From Octopus bimaculoides (lineage: Eukaryota), in NCBI RefSeq assembly GCF_001194135.2, contig NC_068984.1:25007852-25071851 (forward strand): DNA of 64,000 nucleotides. Direction: 5' to 3'. A program made the position numbers and the translations under genes. The notes beneath the pieces are model-generated. The model saw nothing but the letters and a program-made list of their open reading frames with translations, was not told where the DNA came from and searched no databases. Shown one piece after another: positions 1-12,489 of this stretch. The stretch's first letter is position 1. The number at the start of each line of letters is the position of its first letter.

Positions 1-231
1 ATTTAAAGGGACAGAGGAAGGAATTTGAAATTAGAATGAAGAAGGGTATAACTCTATACTATATGGCACTTAGTCCACTGCATTAATTTTACAAACCTCC
101 ATCTAAAACATCTATGCACTTTCGTTTTATGAAGTCCCTACACAGTTATAAGACATAACTATCCCTTTTAACTATAGAAATAACTGGCAGAGCAAAGACA
201 AAACAGTCCTTAGCTATTACATATCAGTCTT

Positions 232-889
232 ACATTTTGTCTTTGCTGTGCATGAGAAAACCTGGCAAGCCAAGTGAGACCATAATCCAAGGCCTCTGCC
301 AGGGGTGTAGCCAGCCCATTTATGTGTACCTTTCCTTCATTGGAGGCAAGTGAAATCAAAATCGAACCAAATTCGATGACTGGCACCCATGCTAACGTCT
401 CCTTCATTGGACACTAAACTCGGCTTGTGAAGACCTGTTGGGGCAAGTGAAAGCGAAATTGTGATGGCACCTGTACCAGTGGAGTGCTAAGAACACCGTC
501 TGAGCATGATCGTTGCCAGAGCAGCTGTCTATCTCCATTTGAGCGTGATTGTTACCAGCGTTGCCTTCCTGGCACGTGAAAAGACATTCGAGTGAGGTCG
601 TTGCCAGTGCCACTGGACTGGCTCCTGTGCAGGTGGCACGTAAAATACACCATTTTGAGTGTGGCCGTTGCCAGTACCGCCTGACTGGCTTTCATGCCGG
701 TGGCACATAAAAGTACCCACTACACTCTCAGAGTGGTTGGCGTTAGGAAGGGCATCCAGCTGTAGAAACTCTGCCAGATCAGATTGGAGTCTGGTGTAGC
801 CATCTGGTTCGCCAGTCCTCAGTCAAATCGTCCAACCCATGCTAGCATGGAAAGCAGACACTAAACGATAAGGATGATGATGATGATGT
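232..889 (+). mobile_element. RTE-tailed non-autonomous retroelement with internal VNTR (longest copy)
   Basis: GC-rich GCCAGT/ACTGGC repeat units, the conserved tail GGTTGGCGTTAGGAAGGGCATCCAGC...CATGGAAAGC, and (GAT)n. Confidence 0.85.
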
Positions 890-1033
890 ACTGTTTATTA
901 ACATATTTAAACACCTGATATTTTATAAACTTCAGCTGAAGTTGATCTTTTCTTTATATTTTCAGTCACACCCAATTTCAAGATATCAGAGCAAGAGCAT
1001 CAAACAAATCATTGTGTGTGTGCACGCATGCGT

Positions 1034-1103
<70 letters not shown>

Positions 1104-1755
1104 ATTGTAGATGTGGGAGGCAGAAATTAAATACCAGTAATAAAATATTAATTTATTTTTTTATAAAATCCGGTCAAAGTAGGTCAGAAATGAATAGGGT
1201 TATAATCAAAAAGAGGGTGGGAAATCATTTGTTTAAGAAACACAAACTGTTGCCTATATTTAAGGCAGAACAATTTAATAGACTTGTATAAAGGTAAATG
1301 ACTTCAGTTGTCACCTACTCAATATTTTTTTTCTTCTTTAAATTCTTGATACCTGTTCAGGAGATGACTGAAACAAGTAAATCCAGTTTACAAGTTTGTC
1401 TATAAACTAGAAGTCAATCCAACCATGTAAATGAATCATTCTAGAAAAAAATATTTCAGTCAGTGGGTGGAACATACAAGACAGAAAAAAAACTTCAGTT
1501 AAAAGTTCCACCAATATATTACATTAAATTAGTGATTCACAACCTTTTTACACTTGCGTAACCCTTAAAATAAATTACATGTCTCAAGGAACCCCTGCAC
1601 AAAAAAATTATATACCATATCTTTCTCATATTTTTTTTCATCAAAGTTCATGTGGCAAATATCATATTATATATATATATATATATATATATTTGACAAG
1701 AAGGACAACAAAAGAAAGAAAGAGACCTCAATATTATGCAAATAGAGGAATTTAA

Positions 1756-1937
1756 CTGTAAAAATATGTGACACATATTCAGTAGCCATGATAAAACTCC
1801 GAGCTTCGGATGCCAGGGTGGGAGTGGAATTTTCAATGGTCGGATAACTGAAGAGATGTTAGCGTGGGCTCCCACCCTGGCATCCAAAACTTAGAGTTTT
1901 ATCATGGCTACTGAATAAGTGTCACATATTTTTACAG
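1756..1937. mobile_element. Foldback MITE with ~70-bp inverted arms
   Basis: 1756-1829 is the near-perfect reverse complement of 1868-1937. Confidence 0.8.
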
Positions 1938-2075
1938 ATATATATTTATAGGCAAGAATGGAGAACAAATTTCAAAGGTCAGGTCCCTTTATCAAATGAA
2001 ATCACTTCACATCATAGGCATATTCATAGACAGTATCAATTCAAGTACAAATAAACAAATAATGAAAGCAAATAC

Positions 2076-2152
2076 CTGAATTGATGCTGTATATCAATAT
2101 GCTGCAATATTAATCAAGGTTCACAGTAACACTATATTCATTATTACTGCAT
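2076..2152 (-). pseudogene. FANCG: FANCG-like second exon remnant
   Basis: Acceptor gtatttcag, donor CAG|GTATTT. INIAAY*YTA (AAY*YTA at 2105-2085) vs human VGLQAALWLSA; the Trp position is TGA. Confidence 0.55.
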
Positions 2153-2205
2153 CTGAAATACTTTTAAACCAGAAAATTCAAGTGTAAGCCTCATTTGTTT
2201 ATGAC

Positions 2206-2559
2206 CTGAAGGATGGTCTTCAGGCCACAGACTAAACAATCCTAAAGGTATCCTTATAAAAAGTATATTCAGCACACCAACACACTTCAGCTACTAACTG
2301 GTAGGAGTGTTATTCCTTCTGTAAATTTTTCTTCTCCATTTACTATAGCAGCTTCTGTTTCTTGTAACCAGCAGGCTGCATATCCCAATGCATAACCATA
2401 CATCCACCCACTTATTTTGCCCACCAAATTCTATACGAACATTTTACTCAACCTTTTTCAACTGAAGACTGTAATATTCTGAGAATCCTCTCTGTCAGCA
2501 GCAATCTGCAGAAGCTGATCATTCACCATCTGCTAGAACTTGCAAGATTGCTGCCATTC
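2206..2559 (-). pseudogene. FANCG: FANCG-like N-terminal exon remnant
   Basis: Acceptor gtttattttaag. One frame: SCKF*QMVNDQLLQIA...NLVGKISG...KFTEG...S*SVL...YL*DCL vs human SCLDLWREKNDRLVRQA...GLLHSLQG...GFTED...SLERVL...ELWDSVL, with near-identical spacing. Both aligned Trp positions are TAG. Seven stops in 118 codons. Confidence 0.6.
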
Positions 2560-3589
2560 CTTAAAATAAACACTCACACACATTACACACATTATTACTC
2601 ATCCTTGGTCAAGTTTCTAACAAATCACAGAGTCACTGGTTACATCTTAAATTTCTGGGATTTTACTAAAAGAAAATTCCAAACAAATTAAATGATGGCT
2701 CTTGTTTACAGAGTTCAGCAAGAAACCCATTCTGTTCCTTTCTCTCATATGTTAACACCTCATCTCCTAGCATAATGCCACCTCTCTTTCTACTGTAGCC
2801 CAATTCAGTTGAAGGGAATCAGTCTTGCAAACTGCATGTTGACCCCCACTTATGGTAGTGCCATGCGAAAAAGTACCCAGTACACACTGTAAAGTGGTTG
2901 GTGTTTGGAAGGGTATCCCATCATAGAAACCAAAGCAGGCATTAGAGCACAATATAGTCTACAGGCACATCAGATTCTATCAAACCATCCAACCCATGAC
3001 AGCATGAAACATGGTTGTTAAATTATGAGAATACACACACACCCACACACTTATTACTCCATCCTAAATCGAAATGTTAGATTCTGGCTCCTGAAAATAT
3101 AAACCTATAAAATATGATTAACAGATATAAAAAAAAAACTGCATCTTAAGAAAACATAAATATGCCTAGAAACGAAGTGTGTGTAGGTGTGTGTGTGTAA
3201 GAGAGAGAGAGAGAGAGAGAGAGCATATATTTATAGCATTGCCAAGAGACGAAATAACCAAACAAATACACAAATGCATATTTTCTGTTAGTTACAGGTG
3301 TATATACAAAAGTGGATCCCAAAGTAAATGACGAGTAAAAGAATCAATCTACTCCTAACATCACATTTATTTGCATAAATAATTACATTAATGCCTTCAT
3401 CTAAAGCATTAGTGTAACTTCTTAGAAGATAGAATTCAACTGTCACAAGACAAAGCAGACATCTTAATCCACCTTGTGAACTGTGTGTGTATATATATAT
3501 ATATATAATACAAATAATATATGAGTATATGCATATATATGTACATGTATGTACATACCTTCATCTACATGTATATATAGATGCATATC

Positions 3590-3766
3590 TGGGTACATGA
3601 CGTTGCAAAAAAAAAACATGGACAAAATTATAAACAATGTACAGAAAACACACGGGCCACATAGAGAACATTTCCTTCATCAGCTGCCACTATTATAACA
3701 CTGGCGTTTCGAAGAGTTAGGGCAATATATANNNNNNNNNNACACTGGCGTTTCGAAGAGTTAGGG

Positions 3767-3770
<4 letters not shown>
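3590..3770 (-). mobile_element. Penelope-like terminal fragment
   Basis: TTCGAAACG...GCTGATGAAGG motif, typical of PLE ends. Partly duplicated across a 10-N gap. Confidence 0.35.
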
Positions 3771-3806
<36 letters not shown>

Positions 3807-4195
3807 TTGAGAGAAGTGCAAGGGCATACAATATATATTAAATTCTAGTGCAGCTTAAATCCTGTTTAAACCACTTCATATATCTGGTACCCCAAATTAA
3901 TATTCATCCATGAACAAAACTAAAATCAAATTTCAATGTTCCAAGCAGATTTAATTATATACTGACACTAAATCAACTATGACCTTCTCCATTATTATAA
4001 TTATGTTATAATTATAGTACCCATATTGCACATCTGATGGTTTTCTAATTATTGTTTACTGTTTTTGAAAATTATTAAGCCTGCCTTCCGAAAATACCTT
4101 ACTTAGAAAAAGGAACCACAAAGTTTTTCTCCATCTAAAATGTTGTTGAACAAACTCTCATTTTCACAAAAAGTTCAAATAGTAGAATTAATTTC

Positions 4196-4347
4196 ATGCC
4201 ACACAAGCAGGAGAATCCAGTCATGGTTGTCACGCAATTTCTGAAATCACATCACCTCTAACATCTGGCCACCTAACTCCCCAGACTGCAACTCCCTTGA
4301 TTATAATGTGTGGGGCACAGTTGAGTGAGAGACCAACAAAACTCCTC
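4196..4347 (+). mobile_element. Second fragment of the same DD37D transposase
   Basis: Near-identical to 5674-5825. Confidence 0.85.
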
Positions 4348-4487
4348 AGAATTTTTGCCAAAAGGCATAAAATTTAATCCAATATTTGAACTTCACGTTT
4401 CACTATTTACTAACACAGACCATCACTAGTTTTTACAGATTATCACAACAACCAAAGCTAATTTTTAATACGCATTGCATATCTTAC

Positions 4488-4747
4488 CTTCTCAGTTGCT
4501 TGCTGCTATCCACTAGTCAGTATAGGTTATATGAGGTATTGAAGAATAACCACTGAAGTATGCCAGGTAAATAAATAACTGAACTTTGTGGTTAACTAAA
4601 AAGTGTTTTGTGTTCTTGTTAGCGAGAGGCAATAAAGAAATCTTCAGAATTAACAAACATCAGAAGATTTTGTCAAAAGCAGAAGATAACTCAAACGAGG
4701 TTTGCATCTGTAAATGTTTCAGTTACATGAGAAACACTAGTAATGGC
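4488..4747 (-). pseudogene. FANCA: FANCA remnant C-terminal exon ending in a splice donor
   Basis: Acceptor ttacacttcag. KPRLSYLLLLTKS (4703-4665) vs human KARLFLLQLIPRC, in the frame dictated by the phase-1 donor at 7171. Ends AAG|GTAAGA, phase 0. Confidence 0.65.
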
Positions 4748-5189
4748 CTGAAGTGTAATTTTTATTTATTTAATGGTTTACTCAGATCCTCCTCCTCTGA
4801 CTAACAACAGGCCTTTTTCAAGACCACTGTGACAGGTTTGAGGAATGGACAAAGTTATTTTCAGACTAGAGGCCGACTTGGATGCTTGCAATAGAATGAA
4901 TAAACTCTACTAATGATGCATGAGCCAAATAGTGGTATTAAACTGGCTAACATATTAAGTTTGCCACTCAAGAACATTTAACAGTCTTCCACATGTTTTT
5001 AGCATAGCTTTGAGTCAACCAAATGAAATTTGGTTGACTCAAAGCTATGCTAAAAACACACAGGACTGAACTTAGAATCACATAGTTGCAAAGCAAACCT
5101 CATAATCACAGCCATACCAGCATTTATCTTAGTAATGCAAAATCAAGGGAGTAGTAATAATGTTTCAGAATTTCAATATATATATATGC

Positions 5190-5246
<57 letters not shown>

Positions 5247-5256
5247 TACATACACA

Positions 5257-6084
5257 CAGGGTGTAATGGGTAAAATGTTACCATTTATATTTTCAATTTC
5301 GCACAGTATAGTAGGGTCAGCTGGGCACCATTTGTGAGAAAAACAGCACCATGATGCAATTCACTCTGCCAGAAATTTGGAAACAACATGCTGTACTGCT
5401 TGGCATTCACACCAGAAGCTCCAATACGCAGAACAACCGTTGGCTTGCCATGTCCCTAAAACATGTACCAAGAGTAATAAAAATCAAACATCCTGTCAAC
5501 AGCATGGTGTTTAGAGTCATCACTAGTGATGGCAATGTTATGCCTCTTCCTCTTCCCACACGGCTTCAGACTCAACACGGAGGCCTACATCAAGTGCCTG
5601 GAAGGGGTGGTGCTGCCCTGAGTCAAGAGGTTGGCTGCTGGAAGACCCTGTGTCTCGCAACAGGACTCTGCACCATGCCACACAAGCAGGAGAACCCAGT
5701 CATGGCTGTCAGGCAATTTCTGAAATCACATCACCTCTAACATCTGGTCACCTAACTCCCCAGACTGCAACTCCCTTGATTATAATGTGTGGGGCACAGT
5801 TGAGTGAGAGACCAACAAAACTCCTTGTAACACTAAAGATGAACTGCAGGCAATAATTATGGCAGCATTCACCAACTTAAACAAGGAGACTGTCCAGAAG
5901 ATTTGCAGGAGATTCCACGTATGGAGGCTGTGGTTGAAGCCAATGGCGATTTCATTGAATAAATTTACTCTAATACTTCGCTATATTTTTATGCAATTTT
6001 GGTAAATATATCTGTTAAAATGAGATGTCAATGTTGTTTTTCATTTTTGCGTAATTTAAACAACAATATATTTACTGCACCATG
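5257..6084 (+). mobile_element. Degenerate Tc1/mariner-superfamily transposon, DD37D (maT) type
   Basis: QQDSAPCHTSRRTQSWL...WSPNSPDCNSLDYNVWG, with 37 residues between the last two catalytic Asp. Stops, frameshifts and an internal deletion; TIRs degraded. Confidence 0.85.
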
Positions 6085-6092
6085 TGTATATG

Positions 6093-6134
<42 letters not shown>

Positions 6135-7170
6135 ATTTTAGTCCTTATTGGCAGAAGGGGCAGGCCTCCCTAGCATCAGAAATCAGTCTAATAATTAATT
6201 ATAGCTTTGATACCAGAAAAGTATTGAATAAATTATCTGAACTACGACAGAAATTTATTTTAATTACAACAAAAATCTTTAATCTGCAAAAAATAGTTTT
6301 CTTCTTTCAAATATATCTGTATTCCAGCTTCACAGAAAATAGTCATCACTGAATAATTAATCGTTTTAGTAAAGATGTAACTGTGGAATAGGTTTTCTGT
6401 CTGTTGATAGCTACTTTAACGCTTAAAATTATGTAAGCGCAAGGGTTTGATGAATAAGCTAATATTTGGTTATAGGCTAATCCACATTAATACGTGTTAT
6501 ATTTTTGGCTGATGATATTTAATTAGGTTTATGGGTATTTGCTAATTAAAAACATTTAAAGACTTTCGAAAATGTAAATAACATTAATTAAGAACTAATA
6601 ATTCCTTCAAAAATTTGTATTGTTTATGTTACAATTTACATTGTTATTTAATGTCTAGATTTGGCATGGCCCCAATAATAGAGCTTTCACTGCCCAAGTT
6701 TTCTGTACAGGATTTTATTATCATGTGGAGTCTGGGGCAGATTGTGACTCTACAGTCTAGATGAAAAATATCTCTAGCACTCGCATTGCAGATTATTTAA
6801 TAGTTAAAAATAAATCGGATTTAATCTAACTTTACTCTTAATAACAAGTAGAGTATGGATAATGCTAAATTACTTTTTGTTTGGATTAATTCAGCCAATT
6901 CATATTATACAAACAAACAATCAATCTTGGCACCTGATTTTCAGCAAGAATAAGCAAAGTAAGAACATAATGCAGAACCCTGGATCAAATACAAACAAAA
7001 CAAATTTGGAAGTTAAACTAAACTAGCACAGTGTTTTATTACCTTATAAAATAAATAAAAAATTAATTCAAGTAACTTGAAATATTTCATAACTTTCTAT
7101 TCTTGCAATATTTTATGTTGGTAGCTACTTCAGTTGAATAAGATTTCTTTAGAAAATAAATTAGTCATAC

Positions 7171-7295
7171 CTCTCAAGATTATTTCACTGTTCAATGCTA
7201 TTATCCAGAAGGTATTTCTTATTCTTCGTCTCACATTTGTTAATGGTGAAGCCACAAACAAACAACTTTTAATAAAGACAGCTCCAAACATGCTA
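7171..7295 (-). pseudogene. FANCA: FANCA remnant exon
   Basis: IRNTFWIIALNSEIIL (7222-7175) vs human IREEAFLHVAVDMYLKL. Donor GAG|GTATGA, phase 1. Confidence 0.65.
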
Positions 7296-8029
7296 AGTGT
7301 TGCCAGTTATACTTGACGTAAATGAAAAACCTAATAACCACCAATGAAAGCAGAACTAAATAAATTTAATAATATGGTACTTATTTTAATCATTACGTTA
7401 GGAATAAAATTTAGGCCACTGATAAGAACACAAATTTGGAATGAGTTTTCACAACCATATGCTGTTAATCAATAATGACAATGGGAACCTATTTTATAGA
7501 ATGAAAATAGTTATAATAGCATTTCATTTTATTGAGAATCATTATAAAAAAATAAAAACTGTCAAGCAATCTATGATATTTATTCCAGAAGGGAAACTGA
7601 GTAACTGGTTGACATAAAAACCAAATATGTTATAAAGGTGTTGTTTGTACATAGCAATATCATAGAACTTACTTTCTCTTTGCTTTGTTGTGCAAGTAAC
7701 TATTAGATATGTCATTACAATCCAGCACTTTATAGATACCTTCCTTTCCTAATACCAACTAATAGAGAATGGTAACTATATTTCTAATAAATTGTGGTAC
7801 ACGGAATATTGACCTGTGTTTAAAGACATTGTATACTGCCAATGTATGTAGCAAGATTTGAACAGAAAAAAACAAGATCCACAAAAATCAGTATTTCAAT
7901 CACTACATCTCTAATGTATACACACATGAACACAAATATAAACTTAGATGAGTACACATACCATGCATGCCACATGTTTGCACAAGTGCTATATACATTC
8001 ATGCATACACATGTGTATACATTAATAGA

Positions 8030-8725
8030 TGCAACTTTGCTGAATCAAAAAAGGTGCAAACAATTCCTATTTTGTCCCTAGCACTGCACAGTATATCAGA
8101 AACATTCAACTCTGCGATCCTGTTGATCCAGGTGTTAATAGATTCCATAAAAAGGTACTCTGTCACTACCAAACATTAGTTTCAATTTGGTTCTGTGATT
8201 GATTTGACAAGAGGCATCTCAAAAACATTTTAACTGTGGAGCCTTTTAAGAGAAGTATGTCAAAGAGTTGACAGATACAATATAACCAATAAGCAAGCTT
8301 ATGATCAAGATAAATTCTTCTAGGAAAACAGAAACACTAATCCTTTTCCACAAGGTCAATGATAAATTCCAGTTTTCCCAATGTTAAGCAATTTAGAGCC
8401 CTATAAGTGCCCTTGGTTACGATTGTGATTTATAACAAGTAACTTAGCTTTTTCTTGAAGAGGAGTCTGACTTAGCAATGCAAACCAATGAAACACTAGG
8501 AAATTTCAAAGTGCTTCCACTGCTTTCAGCAGTGGATTATACCAGCTATCTAGAAACAGGCAAGCCAATGATGCAGCCTCTACATGGTCATTCATCTTGC
8601 TAGAAATATCACCTAAATCACTATCAAATCTAAGATGAACACATTAGATAAAGCCCTGTCTGGAATAAAGACTGGGTGGTTATGGCTGGAATATCAGACC
8701 ACAGATCTGTTCATTAAGGGTTGAT
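8030..8725 (-). pseudogene. FANCA: FANCA remnant exon, large
   Basis: Acceptor ttgtttaaccttag. RQGFI*CV vs FRGLLNACL. PLLKAVEAL*NFLVFHWFALLSQTPL (8535-8458) vs [42 protein letters not shown] vs EELLVFLFFFSLMG. Confidence 0.7.
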
Positions 8726-8984
8726 CTAAGGTTAAACAAAAAGAAAAAAAAACTGGAATTTTGCCATAGAGAGTTAAGTATTTTAGCTGAAGATTCCATA
8801 TTAACATACCAACAGGATATAAACTGCCATACACTTAACTAGTTATCTGACACATTCATAACATATTTCAAGTTAAACATGTGCCATTAAACCTCATATT
8901 TCCACTTTAATGACCATTTCTACATTCTAACATTGCACATGCTACAGTACACCAACTCTATATATCCAAACACACACACACAAT

Positions 8985-9620
8985 TTATCATCATCATTTA
9001 ATATCTGTTGTCCATACTGGCAAGAGTTGGATGGTTTGACCAGGGCTGGCAAGCTGAGAAACTGCATAGACACCTGTCTGATTTGGTATGATTTCTATGG
9101 CTGGATGCCGTTCCTAGCACCAACTACTCAGAGTGTAATGGGTGCTTTTATGTGCCATTGGCATTGGCCATAGCTACGATTTCACTTGGCTTGATGGGTC
9201 TTCTCAAGCACAGCATATCGCCAAAGGTTTCAGTCATTACTCATTGTCTCAGTGAGGCCCAGCATTTGAAGACCATGCTTCACCACTTTGTCCCATGTCT
9301 TCCTGGGTCTACCTCTTCCACAGGTTCCCTCCACAGTTAGAGATCAGCACTTTACACAACTGTCCTCATCCATATGCATCATATGACCACACCAGTGCTG
9401 TTGTCTCTCCTGCACACCACATCTGATACCTCTCATACCTAACTTTTCTCTGAAGATGTTTATATTGTTGTACATGCACACTGACCTTGCACATCCAGTG
9501 AAGCATGCTAGCATCATTTCTTTCAAGCCTATGCATGTCACAGCCCATGTTTCAATGCCATGTAGCATAGCTGTTCACACACATGCATCATACAGTCTGC
9601 CTTTTACTGTGAGGGAGAGA
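8985..9620 (-). mobile_element. RTE-clade LINE 3' end with (GAT)n tail
   Basis: MLHGIETWA, RLERNDASMLHWMC, FREKLGMRGI and HWCGHMMHMDEDSCVK motifs; tail shared with the VNTR element family. Confidence 0.85.
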
Positions 9621-9687
9621 CCCTTTGTTGCCAACAGAGGTAGGAGCTCTCTGAACTTTGCCTATTCTTATTCTTGAAGCTGCACTC

Positions 9688-9689
<2 letters not shown>

Positions 9690-9786
<97 letters not shown>

Positions 9787-9798
9787 TGTGTGTGTGTG
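9690..9798. repeat. (GT)n microsatellite
   Basis: Seen directly. Others: (CA)n 1036-1097, (CTAT)n 15399-15463, (AG)n 20155-20245, (GT)n 32893-32978, poly-A 33457-33498, and many (TA)n. Confidence 0.95.
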
Positions 9799-10009
9799 AG
9801 ATCATCATTTTAACATCCACTTTTCTATGCTTGCATCGGTCTGACAGCATCTATTGAGGCAGATTTTCTACAGCCAAATGCTCTTTTCACCAATCCTTAC
9901 CAGTTTCCAAACAAATATTTCCCCATGGCCAGACACATTTTTGAAAAATATGGGAAATGTATGATGCCAGCCCACCTGTGAGTACATACACACTATTGCT
10001 TTCTTTAAC

Positions 10010-10350
10010 ATAATTGTTTAACGTCCGTTTTCCATGCTGGCATGGGCTGGACGGTTTGACTGAGGTCTGGAAAGCCAGCAGCTGCACCAGGATCCAATCT
10101 GATCTGGCAGTGTTTCTACAGCTGGATGGCCTTCCTAACGCCAACTACTCCAAGAGTGTAGTGGGTGCTTTTTATGCGCCACCAGCATAGGAGCCAGTCA
10201 GGCAGGCCTGGCATCAATCACGTTCAGATAGTGTTTTTTACGTGCCACCAGCATGGGGGCCAGTCAGGGGGTACTGGCATCGGCTACGATTGGTTGGTGC
10301 TTTTTATGTGTCACCAGTATGGGAGCTAGTCAGGGGGGCACTGGCCATGC
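10010..10350 (-). mobile_element. RTE-tailed VNTR element copy
   Basis: Same tail and repeat units. Confidence 0.85.
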
Positions 10351-11706
10351 ATTATGAATTCTTTTGAAGAAAATTCACATAATATAATCAGTTTCCTCGT
10401 CTCTCAGCCAATTTGAATAATGTTAGCTTACATTATAGCATTAAACTAGTTTTTGAATGACAAACAGACACTTACTTGGTTTTTAGATGATTCAGATATT
10501 TAAAAAATGTAACTCTTATTAAATATGTCAACAACCTTGCTCAATACCTCTTTGTTTCTTTTATATAGTAAATATATTTTAAGAGGTTTACTAAGATAAA
10601 AGGAGCAGACTAATTCCTATACAATTTAGATTGAATAGTTATACGCATGTTGTTTTTTTAATTGTATAATTCCTAAGACATTGTTTGTCAATGAGAGGTT
10701 CAGTAAACCAAAATATAGTACTGAACTACAGACTGAAGAGCTAATAGTTGGTACCCCAACATCAGTGACATATCAGTGGCAAATATACTTAACTCTCTCT
10801 TTCTCAATGGCACATGTTACCTAACTGTAAATAGCTACCATAAGTAAGTGTAGTTCACTTACAAGTGTCTGTCACAATTTTGCACTCAAAAGAGGATTTG
10901 GCACAGTTGTTCTGTCCCACTAGAACCTCTCCATACTCTAGTAACACAACAAACCATGTCTAGATATCAGTCCTTTTAATATAACTATATAAACCATCAT
11001 TAGCAATTATTTCCAAGTTCCCCATTTTTTTCTTAATCTAATAAAATTTTCATACATTCACACCTACAAACTACAAAAAAATTGAGTGTTTGTAAAAATG
11101 AATTTTAGTTAGCTCAAAGCTGTAATTTCAAGCTCTGAAAGTTAAGATGCATGTATAAGACAACAGAAGTAACAACTATAATCTGTAATCTATAATAATT
11201 GTCTGGGCAATACAAACGAGTATGATAGACTCAGGAAAAACAAATGGAAATCAATTATTATGAAGAGAATCAAGAGATAAGAAAAAAACTACCTGTGACT
11301 TGAGAGACATGATAGCCAAAAGAGAAAGGTGAGACATAAAAAAACTTAGGAGGAAATAGTTAAATTGGATTTGAAAAGTTAACCAGTACAGATGAAATAA
11401 CTTAAGCTAAAGGTTCACAGAAAAAGTCTGGCTATTCAGTAGGTCAGTTCTACTCATATAAACAGAAAATAACCAATACAAATCTAATAATGATTGATGA
11501 AAATGATAGGAGAAAGAAATATGGTGAGAATTATGGCAATAACAGTGATGATAAAGAGATAACAGAGTGATTATAAAGAAGTGGCAAGGATCAATACAGA
11601 GTTATAAAAATATCTAAGCCTACACTTGACTGCCAGAACATTGATTAATATAAAAGTATCAAACCCATTATATATATGTGTGTGTGTGTGTGTGTGCACG
11701 TGCATG

Positions 11707-11772
<66 letters not shown>

Positions 11773-11939
11773 GATAGACCGTCTTGTATTCAATGCATGA
11801 AGACCAAAAGATTTTACTTTTTTTTTTTTTACTTCACAATTTAATGCTTGTGTCTTCTGTTAAGCACTAGATCCTTGTTTTTGCAAACCAGGTTGCAGCC
11901 ATCACATGCAAAACATTAAAAGGAAACTGCATTCTTTTA

Positions 11940-12140
11940 ATCTTGCCTTAGATCACATAGCTGCTCAATCCTTGAGTTCATATGACTTCTGGTGCTGTTT
12001 TCACAGATTTTCCTTCACCTGTTATGGTCAGCAGCACATTCCTCAAATTCTGATACCTTTATCCTAGTACGCTCGATATCATTCTTCATCTTATCCATGT
12101 ATCTAAGAAGAGATCTTCTTACATTTTGTACTCCTGCACT
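11940..12140 (-). mobile_element. RTE (BovB-like) LINE 3' fragment
   Basis: RYMDKMKNDIERTRIKVSEFEECAADHNR*RKIC. Confidence 0.5.
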
Positions 12141-12142
12141 GA

Positions 12143-12489
12143 TGTGTGTGTGTGTGTGTGTAAATGTGGGTGTGAGTGTGTAAGTGTGTAAATGTGGGTG
12201 TGAGTGTGTAAGTGAGTAAATGTGTGTGTGAATGTGTAAGTCGGTGAGTGTGTAAATGAGTGAGTGTGTGAGTGAGTATGTGAGTGTAAATGTGTGTGTG
12301 AGTGTAAATGTGTGTGTGAGTGTAAATGTGTGTGTGAGTGTGTGTGTAAGTGTGTGAGTGTGTGTGTAAGTGTGTGTGCGAGTGTGAGTGTGTGTGCGAG
12401 TGTGAGTGAGTGAGTGTAAGTGAGTGAGTGTGAGTGAGTGGGTGTGAGTGTGAGTGTAAGTGAGTGAGTTTGTGAGTGTAAGTGAGTTA

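Noticed and set aside
2330-2410. TPR-like reading YALGYAACWLQETEAAI, resembling the FANCG C-terminal TPR
   Set aside because: The N-terminal FANCG alignment explains more motifs with consistent spacing across both exons, so the TPR resemblance is treated as coincidental.
3698-3775. Direct duplication across a 10-N gap (similarly at 36849)
   Set aside because: Most likely an unmerged contig overlap.
2076-8535. A-to-I editing rescuing stop codons (UAG/UGA to UGG) to give functional FANCA/FANCG
   Set aside because: It fits four Trp-position stops. Many other stops align to non-Trp residues and there are frameshifts, which editing cannot repair.
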